The translations under genes were made by a program, and so were the position numbers. From Pelagomonas calceolata (lineage: Eukaryota), in contig CAKKNE010000006.1 of NCBI GenBank assembly GCA_918797485.1, positions 2,852,001 to 2,916,000 of the forward strand: a stretch of DNA of 64,000 nucleotides, given 5' to 3'. Shown here in pieces: positions 53,088 through 63,032 of the stretch (position 1 is its first letter; the number at the start of each line of letters is the position of its first letter). The notes below the pieces were generated by a model. It saw nothing but the letters and a program-made list of their open reading frames with translations, did not search any database and was not told where the DNA came from.

Positions 53088-56025
53088 ATGGCTCGGGGCA
53101 AGAAAAGCGGCTCGCGGTCGAGGCTGCCGCCGGGGATGTTGAGTGCGGAGAGCTTCAAAAGAATCGAAGGAAGCATCAAGGCGCAGCGCAAGGCGATTGA
53201 GGCGCAGTACGGCGGGCCGACGGAGCTGCTGCCCCGCGCGCACAAAGGCTTCTTTGCGAGCATCGACGCGTCGAACGTCGACGACGTGCCGCTCACGGGC
53301 CTCTCACAAGAAGACCTGCGCGTCATTTGTAAGGGCGACGGCGGGCGCGGCACGAACCGCGACGCCGTGCTAAAGTGCCTCCGGGACCGGCTCGCGCGCG
53401 CCGCGCAGCCGGGCGAGGCCGACGCCAGGGAAGCGAAGCGGACCAAGTTACGGGAGGACGGCAAGCTCGACCTCGAGTTCCGGAACCTCGACGACCTGGG
53501 GCGGAAGGTCAAGTGGCGCCAGCTGCTCGTGATCCCGGGGTCCTGCGAGTTGAGCATGGGCATTAGGGAGTTCACGAATCGCACCGGCGGCATTGGTGAT
53601 TATTTCTATAAGGAACTCGCGCGGGAGCGGAGAGACGCGGCGTTCGCCAAGGCCAAGGAGAGCGGCGATTTGTGGACTTCGGATCGCGACCGTACTCGCA
53701 CGGCGTCCTAGAATTGCGGTCGCTGAAGCATCGCGTCGACCTCCACGCCATCGACGCGACGTCCGCTCGACGGCGTGGCCCTCGTCCACTGGTCGACGTC
53801 CCCGCAGGCACGCCGACGGACTTCTATCATCCAGATGACGACAAGAACAAGCACGACGGCCTGGTGCCCTTCGGCAACCCCGACGGCGTGGGCGCCAAGT
53901 ACTGGGGCTGGGGCGACCCCGCCTGCAAGGCCATCTTCGAGGTCTTGCTGGAGAAGATGTCCAAGGAGGAGTGGGCCCGGTTCGGGACGGAGTTCATCGA
54001 GATCGCCTGGACGGACGACATGTCGCGGGAGATGAAGCTGCGGGGCCTCCTCGACACCCTGAGTCGGTGTCTGACGGTCGCCGCGGAGACGACGCGCCAG
54101 CACGTGATGATGGCGTGCTTCCCGAGTCCGAGACCTTCAGCCTGGAACGGCAGTGGCGCGTCGACCTCCACGCCATCGACGCGACGCGTTCACGCCGACG
54201 GTTCTCCGCGCAGGCCAAGGAGAAGCTCGAGGCCGAGCTACGGAAGGAGCGCGACGAGAAGCTCGCCGCCGAAGCGTCGGCGCGGCGCGCGCCGCTCGCC
54301 GAGTTGAACGGCGACGCCGCGCCGGCCGCTGCGTCCTGCGGCGACGCGCGCGGCGCGCTGCCCGTCGACGACGTCGCGGCGCCGGCCGCCGCTTTAGTTG
54401 AGGACGCGACGATGCGCGCCGCGCCGCCCGTGGCGTCGCGCGTCGTCGCGGCTTCGGCGTTAGGCGGTGCTGCGGGCGGCGACATGCCTCCCGAGACGCC
54501 CCGCGCCGATATCCTAGACGGGGCCCGCGCGCTCGACGCTTTAGATGATCCGGCGGCGGACGCCTCGGCCGACACGTTGCGCTCGCTGCCGTCGCCCGGA
54601 GTCCAGGCGCTCGCTGCTTCGGACGCCTCGGCGTCTTCTCAGCGCGACGCGCCCGTCGCTTCGTTAGATGGGCCTTCCCTGACGCGCGGAGCGCCTGAAT
54701 CGGCGGCCTTCGGCGGCTCGGACGCGCCCATGCCTTCGCTGCGACGGGACGGCGACGATGATGATGATGACGACGACGACTACCTCACTGCGGCGGTGCG
54801 CAAAGCCGAGGCGGAGCCCGAGACTCCAGAGGCTCGGGAGGCCCTGAACGATCTACCTCCGGGGAAGACGCCTTCGAGCTGCCTCGGGTCGCTGTTACAG
54901 CGCATCGGTTTATTTGCGGTCGACGAGGACACGTGCACGGTCGACGGGGGTTCTCTGATCGACGATTTGGAGGAGTTAGACCAGGAGAAGCGGGACGAGC
55001 GAGGGACTGGCGGCGGCACTCACAAGTTTTACATCTACAAGATCCTCTTGTTCGCGGCGCAGATGGCTCTCATCTTCGGGGAGGTCTGCTTCGCGAAGGG
55101 CGTCAGCATTTTCCGGTGCGTCTTCGGCCGCTACGCCCTAGCAAGGATCTTCTGGGTGGGCAGAAAGACGATGCTGGACGCGATGAAGATGAAATTGCCG
55201 CTGCTCTGGGTTCCTTTGGAGATACGCCCCGAGGACCTGCACCTGCTGCCGTCGTGGGTCCGCGCCGTGTTCCCGCGGGGCCTGCGCTTCGAGTCGGCCG
55301 CGGTGATCAAGGAGCTCCTCCAGCGGTCGAACGGCTTGTTCTTCGACTGCAAGAGCTGGCTCTGGAACGCCACCTGCGCCGGCCTCGTCGGCACCACCGC
55401 CGTGGTCCCGGCGTTCGCGCTCACCGTGGCCGGCGTCGACCCCGGCTCCCTCGTCGCGTCGCGCGGCGCGTCGCGCTCGCGGGCGCTCGTCCCGTCTTCG
55501 GCGGCGGGCGGCTCTACTGATGCGGTGTCGTCACTCTTTTCGGCGGGCGTCAACTACGTGGACATCAACTTCTCGTACCCGGAGTCGGTGCAGCGCGGCA
55601 CGGCGCTCGTGTCATCGCAGCTCGGGTCCCCTCCGCTCGCGGTGTCGGTGCCTTACTTCTACATCCGCTTCCACAAGCCGAACACTTCGAAGCTCACGGA
55701 GTGGTTCCTCGTCGACGACTTCGCTACGGTTATGCCGGAGCTCAATCGCACTTCCTGGAACCCCGTGCCCGACTGGGTCTTCGAGTCCAAGACGCTGCGC
55801 GCGCTCGCGGCCGGCGCGGCCCTGATCTTCCGCGGGATGGACATCCGCGACGTCGCGACGTCGCCTTTTTCGCTCCTGGAGGTCTTCGATCCGACGATCG
55901 AGTGCCGACACAACTACACCTACACGATCTGGGCCGGCGTCGACTTCGTCATCTTGCTGCCGGACGGCCGCGTGCTCGACAAGCGCCTCTTCCTCCTCGA
56001 GCTCCTCAAGGCGCACGCCGCCTGA
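53088..56025 (+). CDS. hypothetical protein, 3 exons, two GC-AG introns
   Basis: ATG 53088 (MARGKKSG); introns 53665-53806 and 54113-54213 both contain CTCCACGCCATCGACGCGACG and join three ORFs (KESG|TPTDF, HVMM|AKEKL). Confidence 0.65.
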
Positions 56026-56685
56026 GCTCCTCCCCTTACACGCGTGAAGCATAAGTAGCTTTCTTTCTCTACTAACTTTTATACTACTTAGCAGATGCGC
56101 CATGAAGGGTATTTTCCTTCGGACAAGAGGAGGTGGGTCTCAGCAACTCCTCCCCCTACCTACGCCCGCTCGGAGGATCGGCAAAGGGTGGGCTCCGACT
56201 CCCCGCCTTCCCACTCGGGGCGGCCAACCTGGACGGGATCCAGCGAAGTGCAGTTGACGCGGCGTCCGCTCCACGGCGTCGGTCGCCCTCAACGCCATCG
56301 GCGCGGCGTTCGCACGATGCCATCGCCAATAACCCGGTAAGCTGTAGCCGAGACGCGCCGCGCTCGCGCGGTGCTCAGGCGCCCCACGCCATGGTACTTC
56401 GCGGCCGAACGGCGGACCCGTCCACTTCGCCTCCGACGCCGACGGCGACGCGCACGTGCTTGCCATCGTCGTCGCGCCGGACGACGTCCGGCTCGTCTAC
56501 CTCGACCCGATGTGGGCCGAGGTGGAGGCCAGGGTCCTTCGAAAGCACCACCTCAAAGCCCCCGCGTTCGAGTTGCTGTACCTCGGGTAAGAACTTGAAG
56601 CACTAACTCTAGAGTAAGTTGGGGTCTACCCCCGGACTCGTATTACAACTTCTCCTAGGACATCATAAATCTGAGGAGCAACGGA

Positions 56686-56714
56686 TGCTAGCGGCATGTA
56701 AGGCACTAGCAAGG
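56686..56714 (+). promoter_or_regulatory. CTAG-bounded palindromic upstream element, copy 12
   Basis: TGCTAGCGGCATGTAAGGCACTAGCAAGG, ~87 bp upstream of ATG 56801. Confidence 0.6.
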
Positions 56715-56800
56715 CTAAGAGCAGCTTTGATCTGCGGGCAACAAGGGCAGCCCCCTGGCCCCATGTGCCCGAACGAATGCCGATGGATGTCTGAAGTAGC

Positions 56801-59800
56801 ATGAGGACCACCCCGGCCACCGCTCGTGCCTTACGGGCCGCCGCCCGAGCCGCAGATGTACGCGAGCTGCGACGTTTAGTTCTGGACGACGGCGTCGACG
56901 TCGCGTGCGCGAGCCGCGAGGGCTACACCGCGTTGCACGCCGCAGCGAAGCGCGACTGCGTCGCGTCGCTCCGAGTCCTCGTCTGCGAGCTGGGCGCCCA
57001 TATGGACGCGACGAGCCGCGACGGCTTTTCGGCGGCCCACGTCGCCGCGCGCTACGACGCCGCCGAGGCGCTGGCGGTTCTGATCGAAGAGCTCGGTGCG
57101 TCCTCAGACTTACGAAGCCGGTCCGGCGACGGTCCCGTGCACGTCGCGGCGCGCTACGGCAGCGAGCGGGCGCTCAAATTCCTCGCCGGCCGGCCGAGCC
57201 ACGCAAACAACAACGCGGCCAATAACAACGGGGCCTTACCCCTGCACTGCGCTGCGGCGCGCGACCAGCAGGCTTGTGTCGAGTGCCTCGTGTCACGGTT
57301 CTCTGCGTCTGTCAATGCTCGGGACGCAAGCGGAGCCACGCCATTGCATTGGGCATCATACTACGGGTCGGTGGCGTCCATACGGTGCCTGGGGTCGAAC
57401 GGCGCGGACGCGGACGCGGCACGAACTGCGGACGGCGCCCGGCCTCTCCACGTCGCGGCCGGCGCCGGCCGGCGATTTGCACTTCGAGCGCTTGTGCGAG
57501 AGCTGTCGGCCTCGGTGGAGGCGCGCGACGGACGCGGGCGAACGGCAATGCATTGGGCGTGCCGCGCTGGGGACGTCGCCGCCTTGCTCTGCTTGGCAAC
57601 GGAACTTGGAGCCAACGTCGACGCAAGAGATGAGCGGGGAGCAACGCCGCTCATGCTGGCAGCGCGGCAAGGGCACGATGCCGCGTGCAGGAGCCTCGTC
57701 GACGATCTCGGTGCGGATTGTAACTTGACGGATGAAGACGGCGCGACCGCGACGCATCACGCCGCGGCGCACGGCCGCGCGGACGCGCTGGCGGTGCTGC
57801 CGCCCGTGGCTGACGCGTTGCATGTGGCGGCGGCTAATAACTCCCGCGACGTGATCGAGCGGCTCGTGGACGGTGGCGCGTCGCCGAACGCCCGGGACGG
57901 ACGCGATGCGACAGCAGCGCACTGGGCGGCCGACTACGACGAGGTGGCGGCGCTGAAGAAACTGCAAAGCCTCGGGGCGTCGCTCGTCGCGCAAGATGGT
58001 CAGGGAAGATTCCCTGTCGACGTGGCCGACCGGGCGAATTCAAGGGGCGCCGCCGCGTGGCTGCGACAACAGCCCGAGGTCCGGGAAGTACTGAATGTCC
58101 TCGGGGCCGCCCGGTCGTCAAGACGACGACCGCCGCCCACGCCGCCACCAGCCCGGAGCCCTGAGGCGGCCTTGAAAAGTGTGTTCGACAGCCGGTCAGA
58201 TATCGACGCGACCATCACCGTCCAAGCGGCGCGCCGCGCTCTCGAAGCGTCGGCGCCGCGGTTGCTCGGCGTCGACGGCGAGGCCTTTTCCCGAGCTCTG
58301 GAGCGCCTCGACGGCGCCGACAGCGCGCAGAAATTATCGTGGCAACAGTTTCGCCGCGTCGTCGCGTCACTTGCGGTGTTGGCCCGCGCCGACCTCGCAC
58401 TGTCGCCGCTCTCCCCCGCGACTATCGAGTCGACGTTTCCCGACGACGACGACACCGTCGAGCCGCCGCCGCCGCCGCCGGACTCGCCGCCGCCGCGAGA
58501 CGTCGATGAGCCGCCGCGAGACGTCGACGCGCCGCCTCTGCCTCCGGACGCGACGCCGCCCGCGCCGCGACGCAGCGTCGAGGAGGTCGCCACGCGCCTC
58601 GACGCCATCGCGGCCGCGCTGTCGCCCTCCTCTGCGTCATCTCCGCGGCTGTCGCCCTCTTCCGCGCTGTCTCCGTCGTCCATACTGTCGCCGTCGGCAA
58701 TGCTCTCCCCGTCGTCGGCGCTGTCTCCGATGTCCGCGCTCTCGCCGTCTTCTGCGCTGTCGCCCGCGCCGCGGCCGCCGTCCTTTCATGCCGAGGAGAC
58801 GCCCGCGCGGCGCCTCCGCCCGCGCGCGGACGACGGCCCTTCCGAGGCAGCGAGCCTGGCGAGCCCGCCGGCGTGGACGGAGGCGCCCCCGGCGGAAGCC
58901 GCGAGCCCGTCGAGCCCGTCGAGACCGCCGGCGAGGACGGAGGTGCGAAGGGAGGACGGCGTATGGGCGGAGGCCCCGGCGACGGAGGCTCAGAGCCCGT
59001 CGAGCCCGTGGGATGAGGCGCCCCTGTTAGAGGTCGCGAGCCCGTCGAGCCCAACGGCCTGGGCGGAGACGCTCGAGGAACTGCGCGCGGACCCGGACTC
59101 GCCGATTGGGCAACTGGTCTTCGGTGACGCGGCGGAGGACGACGCGGCGGACGCCGACGCCGCGTCGGCCGCGCGAGAAAGACGCGAATTAGAAAATCGC
59201 GACGCGGCGACGGTTCGCGCGCTGGAGCTGGCCGTCGCGCGGGCCGAGGCGGCCACGGCGGGTCGCGCGGAAGCCGAGGCGGCCCTGGCCGAGGTCGAGG
59301 CTCGCGCGTTTGATGTGCAGCGCGCGACGCGGAGCCTTGAAAAGGACGTCGAGCGGCTCACAAGTGAGCGGGACGCGGCGACGGCCGCCCGAGCCGCCGC
59401 CGAGGAACGGTTGCAGGCGGCGACGCCGTCGAAGAAGGACCGCGCCGCGCGCGCCCTCGAGGAATTGGAGGGCGTCCGCTCGGAGCTTGACAATTCTCAG
59501 GCCGCGCGCGCCGCGGCGCTCCGGGAGCTCCAGCGCGGCATCCGGCGCGTGCGGGCGTCGCGGTTTTGGTTCCAGGATGATCCGGCCTCGCTCGTGTTCC
59601 GGGACGTCGCGGCGGCTCTGGGCGCCGTGGGCTGCCCGGCGGAGGAGCCCTGCCGCACCTTCGACGAGGGCGACAGCGGTGCGTGCATCTACTGCGGCCA
59701 CCCGCGCGACGCGCACGCGCTGCCCGCGTCGTTGGACCGCGCCGGGTCGCCGCGGTGGAACCTCGTGCCGCCGCCGAGCCCGATCAAGAGTCCTGCGTCT

Positions 59801-59812
59801 AGTGCGGGCTAA
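56801..59812 (+). CDS. ankyrin-repeat protein with Pro/Ser-rich linker, coiled coil and C-terminal Cys/His motif
   Basis: More than 10 GxT(A/P)LHxAA ankyrin repeats; C-terminal CRTF...CIYCGHPRDAH. Confidence 0.88.
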   Translation: MRTTPATARALRAAARAADVRELRRLVLDDGVDVACASREGYTALHAAAKRDCVASLRVLVCELGAHMDATSRDGFSAAHVAARYDAAEALAVLIEELGASSDLRSRSGDGPVHVAARYGSERALKFLAGRPSHANNNAANNNGALPLHCAAARDQQACVECLVSRFSASVNARDASGATPLHWASYYGSVASIRCLGSNGADADAARTADGARPLHVAAGAGRRFALRALVRELSASVEARDGRGRTAMHWACRAGDVAALLCLATELGANVDARDERGATPLMLAARQGHDAACRSLVDDLGADCNLTDEDGATATHHAAAHGRADALAVLPPVADALHVAAANNSRDVIERLVDGGASPNARDGRDATAAHWAADYDEVAALKKLQSLGASLVAQDGQGRFPVDVADRANSRGAAAWLRQQPEVREVLNVLGAARSSRRRPPPTPPPARSPEAALKSVFDSRSDIDATITVQAARRALEASAPRLLGVDGEAFSRALERLDGADSAQKLSWQQFRRVVASLAVLARADLALSPLSPATIESTFPDDDDTVEPPPPPPDSPPPRDVDEPPRDVDAPPLPPDATPPAPRRSVEEVATRLDAIAAALSPSSASSPRLSPSSALSPSSILSPSAMLSPSSALSPMSALSPSSALSPAPRPPSFHAEETPARRLRPRADDGPSEAASLASPPAWTEAPPAEAASPSSPSRPPARTEVRREDGVWAEAPATEAQSPSSPWDEAPLLEVASPSSPTAWAETLEELRADPDSPIGQLVFGDAAEDDAADADAASAARERRELENRDAATVRALELAVARAEAATAGRAEAEAALAEVEARAFDVQRATRSLEKDVERLTSERDAATAARAAAEERLQAATPSKKDRAARALEELEGVRSELDNSQAARAAALRELQRGIRRVRASRFWFQDDPASLVFRDVAAALGAVGCPAEEPCRTFDEGDSGACIYCGHPRDAHALPASLDRAGSPRWNLVPPPSPIKSPASSAG
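58619..58765 (+). repeat. 18 bp coding tandem repeat (LSPSSA)n
   Basis: About 7-8 degenerate units of CTGTCGCCGTCGTCxGCG. Confidence 0.75.
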
Positions 59813-59836
59813 TAGTTTTGTTGTGAATTCTGGTTA

Positions 59837-60045
59837 TTACTTGTTCCTCGCTAGCTGCTTGCGCGAAAAATCGAGCAGCTGCACCAGTGATGTGGTCTTC
59901 GGGTGCTCGGGGCCAAGAACGCGCCGATAGAAGCGGAAGGTGTTCTCATATAGTGCCACGGCCTCCTTAAGATCGTCCTCGTTGGCTGGCTTAAGTTTCT
60001 GGAATTTCCCGAGGAGGGCGTTACCCAAGGCAAGGCGGAGATCCG
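59837..60045 (-). pseudogene. 3' fragment of a TPR-family gene
   Basis: DDLKEAVALYENTFRFYRRVLGPEHPKT resembles the C-terminus of 14988-16172; no 5' part. Confidence 0.6.
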
Positions 60046-60381
60046 CGAGCCAACAACTACGCGTGGGGTCTCTTTCGGCTAGGGTGCTTCGAAGAAGCCA
60101 AGGCACTGTTGCGCCAAACGACGCCTGTGGCGCGACGCACTCTCGGGGATCGTGATGATCTCACGCTCGTGATGCGGCGGGCTTACGCGCAGTCGCTTTA
60201 CAAAGACACCGGCGCCACGCTTGACGACCTCCGCGAGGCCGTGACGACGCTCGAGGACGCGGAACGGACCGCGAGACGCGTCCTCGGCGGCGCGCACCCG
60301 GACACAGTGGGGATTGGACATTCCCTGCAAGTCGCGCGAGCCGCGCTCCGCGCCCGCGAAACGCCACAGGAGGGGGCATAA
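60046..60381 (+). pseudogene. 3' fragment of a zf-MYND/TPR family paralogue
   Basis: ANNYA...FEEAKALLRQTTPVARR...ATLDDLREAVTTLEDAERTARRVLGGAHP is nearly identical to the C-terminus of 14988-16172; no start. Confidence 0.8.
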
Positions 60382-60469
60382 GCTTGAATTCTTACCCCAA
60401 GTATCTATCCACCCAACGCCGCCGCCGCGCCCACCCCAAAAACCAGAGTCCAGACCTTACACAGCCGAC

Positions 60470-61633
60470 CTAGCCCTGGTAGCGCATCAGCACGCCATCA
60501 CTTCCCAGAGCAAATCCGGTCTTGTCGTCGAAGAACTTGACCGTGTACAGGTTGCCCGGGATCCGGTCCGCCGACGCGTCGAACTTGAACGTCTTGCCGC
60601 CGTCCGTGCTTCGGTACATCGTACCTCCGCCCCCTACGGCCCAGGCCTCCTGGGGGGTCCGGTAGTCGCAGTCCAGGATCCCATACCCACCGGAGTCGAC
60701 CTTCACGCCCGAAAATTCGGGCTCGACATCGGTATTGGCGGAAGCTCCCGCGATGGCCATTTGCCCGCCGTTTAAGGTCATCCAGACGCCGTTCGCCGCG
60801 TTGTTGCCGACGTAGCCCATGGCCGTGATTCTTCTCGGGGTTCCTCGGTTGTGCGGGAGCCAGAAGTCGTCCCCGGGCTTCCACGTGAGGTAGAAGTTGC
60901 CCCGCGACGCTACCGACAGATAGCTCCCGTCGGCGGCCCTTTTAATGTTTCCGACACTGCCCGAGTAGTAGGAGGCACCAGAAACACCGGAGGACGACAC
61001 TCGGTTGAGCGTCGCGTCGATGGACTCTTTGACTTCGGCCTTCCAGTTGCGCCCGGCGTTCGTCGTCGTGTAGATGGCGCCCGTGCTGGTCGTCATCTCG
61101 GCCTTTGAACCGCCGAGCGCCGTCACTCCACTAGGTTCTCCAGGTAGTTTCGGGCTCAGAGGGATCCGTTCCCAGCTCTTGCCCGAGTCCGTGGTATGAA
61201 GTAAAACAGAGGGCTTGCCGACGACCCAGCCCTCGCCGCCCTTGAAGGAGACCTTCTCGAAGCGGTAGCCGACCTCCTCCTCCTCGTCGAGGTTCGCGAA
61301 GACCCGGGGCTTCCACGAGCGCCCGCCGTCGAGCGTTTCGAGAAAAGTGCCCTTCGCACCCACCAAGTAACCGTGGTCCGGCGTGTCGAAGGCGATGTCG
61401 AAGAGCGTCGTGGAGACGGGCAAAGGGACTTGCGACCAGCGCTTCACGTCCAAAGCGCCGGCCGGCGTTGCCCCGGCGAGGACTGCGGGCGCGAGCGCGG
61501 CGGCGCCGACACCTTGCACGAAGTCGCGCCGACCCGCGTCGAGCGCGACGGCAGCTTTCCGTGCTGTTTGCACGCGCGCGGGTGCTTGCAGCGCCGCGGC
61601 GGCGCCGAGCAGCAGTGCTCCTCTGAGTGGCAT
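60470..61633 (-). CDS. ycf48: photosystem II assembly factor Ycf48/HCF136
   Basis: Tripartite presequence with Tat motif GRRDF; GWVVGKPSVLLHTTDSGKSWERIPLSPKLPG, TLNRVSSSGVSGASYYSG and SRGNFYLTW. Confidence 0.95.
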   Translation of the reverse strand: MPLRGALLLGAAAALQAPARVQTARKAAVALDAGRRDFVQGVGAAALAPAVLAGATPAGALDVKRWSQVPLPVSTTLFDIAFDTPDHGYLVGAKGTFLETLDGGRSWKPRVFANLDEEEEVGYRFEKVSFKGGEGWVVGKPSVLLHTTDSGKSWERIPLSPKLPGEPSGVTALGGSKAEMTTSTGAIYTTTNAGRNWKAEVKESIDATLNRVSSSGVSGASYYSGSVGNIKRAADGSYLSVASRGNFYLTWKPGDDFWLPHNRGTPRRITAMGYVGNNAANGVWMTLNGGQMAIAGASANTDVEPEFSGVKVDSGGYGILDCDYRTPQEAWAVGGGGTMYRSTDGGKTFKFDASADRIPGNLYTVKFFDDKTGFALGSDGVLMRYQG

Positions 61634-62099
61634 CGTGTCTCTAGCGCGCAAACGCGAGTGAACGAAGCAAAGAGCTTGCCGGATGGCTTGCTGGGCTAAA
61701 AGTGCTCCCCGCAACGTGCTCTCGAGGCTGTCTGCCTGTGCTTACTCGCCGTACGCTGAGCACTGATGACTTGATGTCTCACAGAGGTGGCCCCCAAGTT
61801 TTGTTGCGGAGCGAGGCGCATACTGGTCAAACAGCAGCCAGGACGCGTCTCGGAACGACGCAGACGCGTACAAACGAGCATGTGGTTTCGCACGGGTATT
61901 TCTCACATAAAGCGCCAAAAACGAGCCCAAACGGCCAGCTAAAAGCTAAGAGCGGCCAAGCAAGAGACGCCGGTTCGTTCAACGCTGTCACTGTCCGAAG
62001 CAGCGAAGAAACGGCAGCCTAGACGGCGCGTGAGCTCAAAATCAGCCAAAGACCAAATTCTAAAAATACAAGCCGCAGCGGTTGCGCCGAGGCGAAACC

Positions 62100-62903
62100 A
62101 TGCGCCTCCTCCTCGTCCTGAGCCTAGCGCAAGCGCTCCGCGCGCCCTTAGACCGACGGCGAACATTAACGACGCGCAAGTACGGCCAGCAGCAGGACGC
62201 CGACGACAAATTGCCGGAGATGCGAGCCCCGGAGGAGGGCAAACAAGTCCGCATGTTCGGCGCGAAGTTAGATGCGGGCTTTGCCGGTACGAGAGCAAGT
62301 AACCCGAAAGTCATCCGGGCGGTGCTCAAGGCCTACGAGGACAAGCGCGACACCGAAGGGAGCTACGCGTCGAACGACGAGCAGGCCGAGATCTTCTACG
62401 CTTCCGCTGTTGAAAAAATGAACAAGGGGTTCTACGACGACGCCGTGAAGAGGCTGAACCGAGCTTCTTATTTCGCGGGCGTCGCGAGTCGTCGAGGCGG
62501 CCAGATGCAGTTGTGGCTCGGGCAGGCTCTGTACGCTGCGGGGCGGCGGGGCGACGCCCTCAAACTACTGTTGGCATTGAAAGCTCATCCGGATAGAGAT
62601 GTGGCCAAGGTCTCGAAAGAGCTAGTGTTCATTTTAAAAGCGCCCGAACTCCAATTGGACGAGTCGTCGCGCGTCGGCTTCGACATGGACAATTTTGATG
62701 CTGAAGCCAAATTCGAAAGGGCTCCGGACGGGACGATAAAAATCATGAAAAGGCCAGAGTTCGAAAAGCCTCCAGAGTACGGGTCCGTCGAGTGGGTGCT
62801 CCAGCAGCCGCGCGGCGAGCCGCTTCCTACGAATGAGGTGGATCCTGTCGCCGTGGGTGGGGTCCTGGCTTTGTGCGTCGGGGCGCTGGCTCTGTGCCGC
62901 TAG
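62100..62903 (+). CDS. plastid TPR-like protein with C-terminal membrane anchor (cyanobacterial-type)
   Basis: Signal MRLLLVLSLAQA-L; GGQMQLWLGQAL...HPD...LVFILKAPEL resembles a conserved cyanobacterial/plastid TPR family (from recall); hydrophobic C-terminus. Confidence 0.7.
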   Translation: MRLLLVLSLAQALRAPLDRRRTLTTRKYGQQQDADDKLPEMRAPEEGKQVRMFGAKLDAGFAGTRASNPKVIRAVLKAYEDKRDTEGSYASNDEQAEIFYASAVEKMNKGFYDDAVKRLNRASYFAGVASRRGGQMQLWLGQALYAAGRRGDALKLLLALKAHPDRDVAKVSKELVFILKAPELQLDESSRVGFDMDNFDAEAKFERAPDGTIKIMKRPEFEKPPEYGSVEWVLQQPRGEPLPTNEVDPVAVGGVLALCVGALALCR

Positions 62904-63032
62904 CCGTGCCTGCTCGACGGCGTGGAGGCGGTACGGCCGCTTCTACGTGTCTGCTCCGCAACGTGTCGGATCGAATTCAGCTGCTGGCCGCGCCGATGGC
63001 GTACCGTGTCTACTAATATAATTTCTGTAAAC

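Noticed and set aside
7906..54213. Excess of 3n-length introns as a selected feature
   Set aside because: About 9 of 23 is not clearly above the one-third expectation
2109..56714. CTAG hairpin copies as CRISPR repeats or rho-independent terminators
   Set aside because: Copies are kilobases apart rather than regularly spaced, there are no cas genes and no consistent U-tract, the context is eukaryotic, and they lie 5' of genes
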